A program made the position numbers and the translations under genes. Shown here one piece after another: positions 58,491 through 64,000 of a DNA stretch of 64,000 bases (the stretch's first letter is position 1; each line of letters begins with the position of its first letter). Below the pieces are notes generated by a model. That model saw only the letters and a program-made list of their open reading frames with translations. It made no database searches and was not told where the DNA came from. The stretch comes from Deltaproteobacteria bacterium (GTDB taxonomy: Bacteria; Desulfobacterota; Syntrophobacteria; Syntrophobacterales; Syntrophobacteraceae): the NCBI GenBank assembly GCA_012517315.1, contig JAAYVE010000022.1:24689-88688 (forward strand), read 5' to 3'.

Positions 58491-59621
58491 ATGTGTCGGT
58501 TATTTGCGGTGACCAGTGAGGAACCCCTTTCGCCAATGATGGCGATTCGTGCCCTGGATGTCATGCGGGAAGGGCACGATGGTTCGGGCGTGGGGCTTTT
58601 TCTGAGCGATCTGGGGGGTCCGTTGGAAGAACTGAAAGGGGCGCCCATTCTCTCCGGTATTTTCACCAACGAGGGGATCAAGCGGCTGGACCAGTTCATG
58701 ATGAACATCGGCTTCATGACCAAGTACAAGCTTTCCATCCGGATTCCCAAGACCCCTCCTTCCGGGGTTCCGAGGAGGGACGTTTACCTCATCCGCGCCT
58801 ACGAGTATCCGGAGGGGTGGGAGGCACTGAGCCAGGAGGAGATCGACTACCGGCTCCTCATGATCCGTCTGCAGTTGCGGCAGATGGGCGAGGAAAAGGA
58901 GGACATGATCGTGTACAGTTTCTGGCCGGACGTCATCATGATCAAAGAGATCGGTGATCCCCTCACGGTCGCCGAGTACCTGAAGCTGGACCGTGAGGAA
59001 CTCCAGGCGCGGATCATTCTCGCTCAGGGAAGGCAAAACACGAACTACGCCATCAATCTATACGCTTGCCACCCGTTTTTCATTCAAGGGGTGGCCACCA
59101 TGACGAACGGGGAGAACACCGCTTTTGTGCCTATCCGGGAATTCCTCTCTTCCAGGGGGTTTCCGGGGTACTTGGGGTATCAGTCCGATTCGGAGGTTTT
59201 CACCCACATTCTCCATTTTTCCCTGAAACGGCTGGGTCTCGGGATTGAAGCCTATAAGCACGTCATCACTCCGCTTCAGGACGAAGACCTGGAAAAGCAC
59301 CCCAACGGTCCGTTTCTCAAGCATCTCAAGAACTCCTGCCGACGGCTCATCATCGACGGGCCCAACTGCGTCATCGGTTGTCTGCCGGACAAGACGCTTT
59401 TCATGGTTCAGGACAGAAAGAAGCTGCGACCCGGAGTGCTGGGCGGAAGGCCGGGACTTTTCGCCATTTCCTCGGAGATGTGCGGTTTGGACGCTGCCAT
59501 TCCCGATCGGAACAAGAGCAAGGATTTTCAACCGATGCATCTGGATACCGCTCTCATTCGCCCTGAGCGTCAGGAGGTGACGATATGGTCTCAAACGGCT
59601 CCATTACCCCTTCAACACTGA
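58491..59621 (+). CDS. Glutamate synthase, class-II amidotransferase subunit (archaeal-type GltB domain 1)
   Basis: MCRLFAVTS (Cys1), DGSGVGLF, AQGRQNTN, HPF, plus context with the two following genes. Confidence 0.85.
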   Translation: MCRLFAVTSEEPLSPMMAIRALDVMREGHDGSGVGLFLSDLGGPLEELKGAPILSGIFTNEGIKRLDQFMMNIGFMTKYKLSIRIPKTPPSGVPRRDVYLIRAYEYPEGWEALSQEEIDYRLLMIRLQLRQMGEEKEDMIVYSFWPDVIMIKEIGDPLTVAEYLKLDREELQARIILAQGRQNTNYAINLYACHPFFIQGVATMTNGENTAFVPIREFLSSRGFPGYLGYQSDSEVFTHILHFSLKRLGLGIEAYKHVITPLQDEDLEKHPNGPFLKHLKNSCRRLIIDGPNCVIGCLPDKTLFMVQDRKKLRPGVLGGRPGLFAISSEMCGLDAAIPDRNKSKDFQPMHLDTALIRPERQEVTIWSQTAPLPLQH

Positions 59622-61243
59622 GCGTGAAGGATCTGCCCTGGCAGATTCACTGGGACAAGGACAAGTGCACCCTGTGCGGGCGCTGCACGGCGGTGTGTCC
59701 TGTCCATGCCATTGAACTGGGCGTGCATCGGAAAAGGATCGTGAACGTCCTGCCCCTGGAAGGGCTCCACCCCGGTAACGGCCATTCCAATGTGTATCAG
59801 GTTTATCACGGCATCCGGCAGAAGACGGACCCGGCCTATGCTTGCGTCGGATGTGCCAGCTGCAGCCTTGTTTGCCCCAATGACTGCATCGCGCCATACC
59901 GGAGCGACGAGATCGACAAGCTCCGCTATCACATCAACCAGGGCGGTCAACCCCGGCGCAGGGGAGGGAGGCGCAATGCGACGGATCCCTCCCCCGGCGG
60001 CATCCTGGACCGCATCAAGTTCACTCGCATCTCCATGCTCACGGATCCGGCCTTGGATGCGGGAAGGCATGAATTCGAGCTGAGAACGCTTCTAGGACGC
60101 GTTCTTCCCCCGGAGGAAACCCTGCGGGTGTATCGGGAACAAGGATGGATACCTCCCGTGAGGGAAATATACCCCCTCATCATTGGTTCCATGTCCTTCG
60201 GGGCCCTTTCTCCCAACATGTGGGAGGGGCTGCAGATGGGGGTAGCCTATCTCAACGAGGAACTGGGCATGCCGGTGCGCATTGCGAGCGGGGAGGGGGG
60301 GTGCCCCCCCCGCCTGCTCCGGTCCCGATTCCTCAAGTACTTGATCTTGCAAATCGCCAGCGGCTATTTCGGGTGGGACGAAATCATCCACGCGTTGCCG
60401 GAAATGAAGGAAGACCCATGCGCGGTGGAGATCAAGTACGGGCAGGGGGCTAAACCCGGCGACGGGGGGCTTCTCATGTGGTACAAGGTGAACAAGCTCA
60501 TTGCCGCCATCCGGGGCGTTCCTCCAGGGGTGAGCCTGCCCAGTCCCCCGACGCATCAGACCAAGTACTCCATCGAAGAAGCCGTGGCCAAGATGATCCA
60601 GTCCATGTACATGGCGTGGGGGTTCCGGGTTCCCGTTTACCCAAAAATCTCCGGGACATCCACAGCCCTGGCCGTTCTCAACAATCTCACCCGAAACCCT
60701 TACGCCGCAGGTCTGGCCATTGACGGGGAGGATGGGGGAACCGGCGCGGCCTATACGGTTTCCATGGACCACATGGGGCATCCCATCGCGAGCAACCTTC
60801 GGGATTGCTATCTGAACCTGGTGAAACTGGGCAAGCAGAACGAAATCCCCCTGTTTGCGGGTGGGGGTGTGGGAAAGTACGGCAACCTGGCATCCAACGC
60901 GGCTGCCCTCATCATGCTGGGGGCGAGCGGCGTTCAGACGGGCAAGTACATGATGCAGGCGGCCGCGGGGTGCCTCGGTTCGGAGGCGGACCGCTGCAAC
61001 ATCTGCAACATCGGTCTCTGCCCCAAGGGGATCACGTCGCAGGATCCCCGCCTCTACAGGCGGCTTGACCCGGAAAAGGTGGCGGAACGGGTCGTGGACG
61101 TGTTCCTGAGTTTCGACACGGAGCTGCGCAAGATCGTTGCTCCCCTGGGACGTTCCACCTCGCTGCCCATCGGCATGTCCGACGCCTTGGCCATCAATGA
61201 TCACCACGCGGCGGAGCGCCTGCAGATCAAATTCGTTGTCTAG
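59585..61243 (+). CDS. Glutamate synthase FMN/Fe-S subunit (GltB domain 2) with N-terminal 2x[4Fe-4S] ferredoxin
   Basis: CTLCGRCTAVCP and CVGCASCSLVCP, then IGSMSFGALS, IKYGQGAKPGDGG, GGTGA. AGGAGGTGA RBS. Overlaps the upstream gene by 37 nt. Confidence 0.88.
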   Translation: MVSNGSITPSTLSVKDLPWQIHWDKDKCTLCGRCTAVCPVHAIELGVHRKRIVNVLPLEGLHPGNGHSNVYQVYHGIRQKTDPAYACVGCASCSLVCPNDCIAPYRSDEIDKLRYHINQGGQPRRRGGRRNATDPSPGGILDRIKFTRISMLTDPALDAGRHEFELRTLLGRVLPPEETLRVYREQGWIPPVREIYPLIIGSMSFGALSPNMWEGLQMGVAYLNEELGMPVRIASGEGGCPPRLLRSRFLKYLILQIASGYFGWDEIIHALPEMKEDPCAVEIKYGQGAKPGDGGLLMWYKVNKLIAAIRGVPPGVSLPSPPTHQTKYSIEEAVAKMIQSMYMAWGFRVPVYPKISGTSTALAVLNNLTRNPYAAGLAIDGEDGGTGAAYTVSMDHMGHPIASNLRDCYLNLVKLGKQNEIPLFAGGGVGKYGNLASNAAALIMLGASGVQTGKYMMQAAAGCLGSEADRCNICNIGLCPKGITSQDPRLYRRLDPEKVAERVVDVFLSFDTELRKIVAPLGRSTSLPIGMSDALAINDHHAAERLQIKFVV

Positions 61244-61349
61244 GGCGGGGGCTTGTGCAAGTTGCTTCATCACTCCGAAAGGGGCGCCATTCCTTTCTCC
61301 TGGGTTTTGAACCTCGCGGAGCCATTGGTTGAGATTGGAGATATCAGAA

Positions 61350-63683
61350 ATGGAAAGTGATCAATTCTTCCGGATTTCCGGAATGGAAAACGGGCATCGC
61401 ATTGAGTCGCGCATTCTCGAAGAGCGGCTTCAGAAAGCCGTGGAGCGTGGACACCGGTTTCTTGAGGTGGAGGCGTTTGGGCAGCACGGCATAGGCGGCC
61501 GCCTGTGGAAAGCCGGCGATGAACCCGTCACGGTGAGGATCCTTGGTTCCCCCGGCCAGCGGGTGGGATCCATGGGCTTTCCCAATACGCGCATCGAGAT
61601 CAAGGGGCCGGCCTCCGACGATGTGGGCTGGCTCAACGGCGGGGCGGAAATCGTGGTACAGGGCAATGCCGCCAACGGCGTCGCCAACGCCATGGCCCAG
61701 GGGAAAATTTACGTGGCGGGCAACATCGGGGCGCGCGGCATGACCATGACCAAGCACAACCCCCGGTTCGATCCGCCCGAGTTGTGGGTGCTGGGGTCCG
61801 TGGGGGACTACTTTGCAGAGTTCATGGCGGGGGGAATCGCCGTGGTCTGCGGCTACGAGCCCCAGAACCCGGAAAACGTGCTGGGACATCGACCCTGCGT
61901 GGGGATGGTGGGGGGCAAGATTTTTTTCCGCGGTCCTCACAAGGGATACAGCCATGCAGACGCCAAGCTGGTTCCCCTTTCCGATGACCACTGGCACTGG
62001 CTGCTGGGAAATCTCAAGGAGTTCCTAAAGGCCATCGGCCACGGGCACCTCTTCCAGGAGATGTCCCATCGGGAACAGTGGCAACTGCTCGAGGCGCGCA
62101 CGCCTTTCGAAAAAACGGGAAGATCCCGACGCTCCATGCAATCCTTCCACAGGGAGGTGTGGGAAAAAGAGCTTGGGCGGGGCGGTCTCATCGGGGATTT
62201 GGTGGACATGGATCGCAGCCCGATTCCCGTCATCACCAACGGCAAGCTTCGCCGTTACGTTCCCGTTTGGGAAAACCGGAAATACGCTGCGCCATGCGAA
62301 GCCAGCTGCCCCACGGGAATTCCGGTGCAGGAGAGGTGGAGGCTCATTCGGGAAGGCCGGTTCGAAGAGGCGATAGACCTCGCACTGGCTTACACTCCTT
62401 TTCCTGCCTCTATCTGCGGGTACCTCTGCCCGAATCTCTGCATGCAGGGATGCACCCGTCAGACGGTGAAGATGCCCCCCATCGACGTCAGCCTGCTGGG
62501 CAGGGAGAGCATCAAGGCGAAAGCCCCTGAGTTGCCTTCCCCCTCGGGGAAAAGGATCGCGGTCATCGGCGGTGGGCCGGCAGGGATTTCCATTGCCTGG
62601 CAACTGCGTCTGAAAGGCCATGACGCAGTGATCTACGACATGCGTCCGAACCTCGGAGGCAAGATTTCCGCTCTCATTCCCAAGACCCGAATCCCCGAGG
62701 AGGTGATCGGAAAGGAACTGGAGCGGATCCGGGAGGTGGTCCCCCACGTCCATATGCAACAGCGCATGACCCGTCAGGACTTGGAACAACTGAAAGCGGA
62801 TTACGATTTCATCGTGATCGCAGTGGGGGCACAGAAACCGCGAATCCTGCCTGTCCCGGGCAAGGAGCGGCTCATCCCGGCACTGGAATTTCTGCGACTG
62901 AGCAAAATGGACCAGGCGACAGTCGGCAGGCGCGTGGTCATCATCGGGGCGGGAAACGTGGGGTGTGACGCGGCCACCGAGGCGCATCGTCTCGGTGCGG
63001 AAGAGATCCTGCTCATCGACATCCAGGAGCCTCTCTCCTTCGGCAAGGAACGCAAGGAGGCGGAAGCCGCGGGAGCGAGATTTCGATTTCCATGTTTTAC
63101 CAAGTCAATCACCGACGAGGGCGTTGAACTGACCACCGGTGAAGTCATCCCGGCCGATACGGTGATCATTTCCGTCGGGGACATGCCCGATCTGGATTTT
63201 CTCCCGGAAAACATCGCCACGGAACGGGGTTTCATCAAGGTCAACGAACATTTTCAGACCAGCGACCCCCAAGTGTTTGCAGTGGGAGACGCCGTGAAGC
63301 TCGGCCTTCTGACGGATGCCATCGGCGCGGGCCGCAAGGCGGCGGCGGCGATCTGCGACATTCTGGAAGGCAAGCGGCCAAAGGGGGACGTGAGGCAGCG
63401 GATTCCCTACTCCCGCATCAAGCTGGAATACTTCGACCCCAGATTGATGCGATTCGACGACGTCAACCAGTGCGCCACCCAGTGCTCCTCCTGCGGCGCC
63501 TGCCGCGATTGCGGAATGTGCGTCGCCATCTGTCCCCAGGCCGCCATATCGAGGAAGGAAGTGAAAAATCCCACTGGGTTCGAAATGGTGGTGGATCCCG
63601 AGCGGTGTATCGGGTGCGGGTTTTGTGCCGGAACGTGCCCTTGTGGGATCTGGAACCTGGTGGAAAACGATCCGCTGGATTGA
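61350..63683 (+). CDS. Fusion of glutamate synthase GXGXG domain (GltB domain 3) with GltD-like NAD(P)H oxidoreductase and C-terminal 4Fe-4S dicluster
   Basis: GxGxG repeats (VQGNAANGVANAMAQGKIYVAGNIGARG), CPTGIP/CPNLC Fe-S motifs, dinucleotide folds VIGGGPAG and IIGAGNVGCD, and C-terminal CGACRDCGMCVAICP / CIGCGFCAGTCP. Start at ATG 61350; the track starts at TTG 61329. Confidence 0.85.
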   Translation: MESDQFFRISGMENGHRIESRILEERLQKAVERGHRFLEVEAFGQHGIGGRLWKAGDEPVTVRILGSPGQRVGSMGFPNTRIEIKGPASDDVGWLNGGAEIVVQGNAANGVANAMAQGKIYVAGNIGARGMTMTKHNPRFDPPELWVLGSVGDYFAEFMAGGIAVVCGYEPQNPENVLGHRPCVGMVGGKIFFRGPHKGYSHADAKLVPLSDDHWHWLLGNLKEFLKAIGHGHLFQEMSHREQWQLLEARTPFEKTGRSRRSMQSFHREVWEKELGRGGLIGDLVDMDRSPIPVITNGKLRRYVPVWENRKYAAPCEASCPTGIPVQERWRLIREGRFEEAIDLALAYTPFPASICGYLCPNLCMQGCTRQTVKMPPIDVSLLGRESIKAKAPELPSPSGKRIAVIGGGPAGISIAWQLRLKGHDAVIYDMRPNLGGKISALIPKTRIPEEVIGKELERIREVVPHVHMQQRMTRQDLEQLKADYDFIVIAVGAQKPRILPVPGKERLIPALEFLRLSKMDQATVGRRVVIIGAGNVGCDAATEAHRLGAEEILLIDIQEPLSFGKERKEAEAAGARFRFPCFTKSITDEGVELTTGEVIPADTVIISVGDMPDLDFLPENIATERGFIKVNEHFQTSDPQVFAVGDAVKLGLLTDAIGAGRKAAAAICDILEGKRPKGDVRQRIPYSRIKLEYFDPRLMRFDDVNQCATQCSSCGACRDCGMCVAICPQAAISRKEVKNPTGFEMVVDPERCIGCGFCAGTCPCGIWNLVENDPLD

Positions 63684-63840
63684 GGGGCAGTTCCGCCGCT
63701 GATGCAAAGTGGGCAGGGTCTCTTCCCCAGTGAGGCGAACGTTCCAACAGCGGGAGGGAGAGGCGGGAGAGCAGACTCCACCAGCCGGATCCCTTGAAAA
63801 GGGGGGCGGCAAGGGGCTGATGGAGTCCCTCCATCGCCGC

Positions 63841-64000
63841 TCATACGGGGGATGATGCACCGAAGTGCAGCGCTTCAGTCAGTGCTTCCACCATGTCTAC
63901 GATGCGCGGCCCTGAGCGGCAGGTGAGCCCGCAGTCGAACACGTAAAGCCGTTGGTGTTTCACGGCGTCCACCTGCATCCACAACGGATCGCTCCTCAAT
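63841..64000 (-). CDS. C-terminal fragment of a periplasmic substrate-binding protein (BtuF/FecB-like); N-terminus beyond the right window edge
   Basis: Own translation: ...LYVFDCGLTCRSGPRIVDMVEALTEALHFGASSPV* with TGA at 63843-63841. The RxGPRIV...L motif is typical of class III binding-protein C-termini. Confidence 0.45.
   Translation of the reverse strand, partial: LRSDPLWMQVDAVKHQRLYVFDCGLTCRSGPRIVDMVEALTEALHFGASSPV

Noticed and set aside
60295-60311. G7-TG-C8 homopolymer palindrome inside the FMN-subunit CDS
   Set aside because: It encodes a sensible GEGGCPPR segment in frame, and there is no evidence of slippage or phase variation. Noted only as a possible sequencing-error hotspot.
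1-64000. CRISPR arrays, rRNA, IS elements/transposases, integrases, prophage or toxin-antitoxin modules
   Set aside because: I saw no regularly spaced direct repeats, no rRNA-like conserved stretches, and no transposase, integrase or phage structural motifs in any long ORF. The absence is based on visual inspection only.

Overview
GC-rich (about 60%) bacterial chromosomal segment, densely coded, with most genes on the minus strand up to about 27.8 kb. The gene content suggests an anaerobic deltaproteobacterium-like (Thermodesulfobacteriota/Syntrophobacterales-like) organism: sigma54 enhancer-binding protein, split archaeal-type glutamate synthase, cbiA-cobQ-cbiB-cobD, RACo-like ASKHA protein, PaaK-type ligase. 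That taxonomic placement is inference only. Housekeeping blocks are a partial P-type ATPase, rmuC, tRNA-Leu(CAG), ribF, hflX, dnaB-rplI-DUF2232-rpsR-rpsF, tandem hsp20, cobalamin amidation genes, inositol-3-phosphate synthase, ogt and a three-gene glutamate synthase. Three accessory loci stand out. (1) 27.9-32.5 kb: an Amidoligase_2 (GS/GCS2-fold) gene followed by two YafJ-like class-II amidotransferase paralogues, divergent from a proteasome-beta-like Ntn hydrolase and next to Cys-rich small ORFs. This is my best candidate for an uncharacterised amide-ligation/tagging system. (2) 34.8-42.3 kb: a PAS/GAF sigma54 activator upstream of an operon with two translationally coupled family-III CoA-transferases and four small unrecognisable, partly Cys-rich proteins. 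(3) 42.7-45.7 kb: radical SAM + YcaO + a 125-aa protein, with no recognisable TfuA/E1 partner or precursor. I saw no CRISPR array, rRNA, IS element or prophage. All family calls come from motif recognition by eye; no searches were run. Many start codons were moved from the longest-ORF track to RBS-supported positions, as stated per feature.
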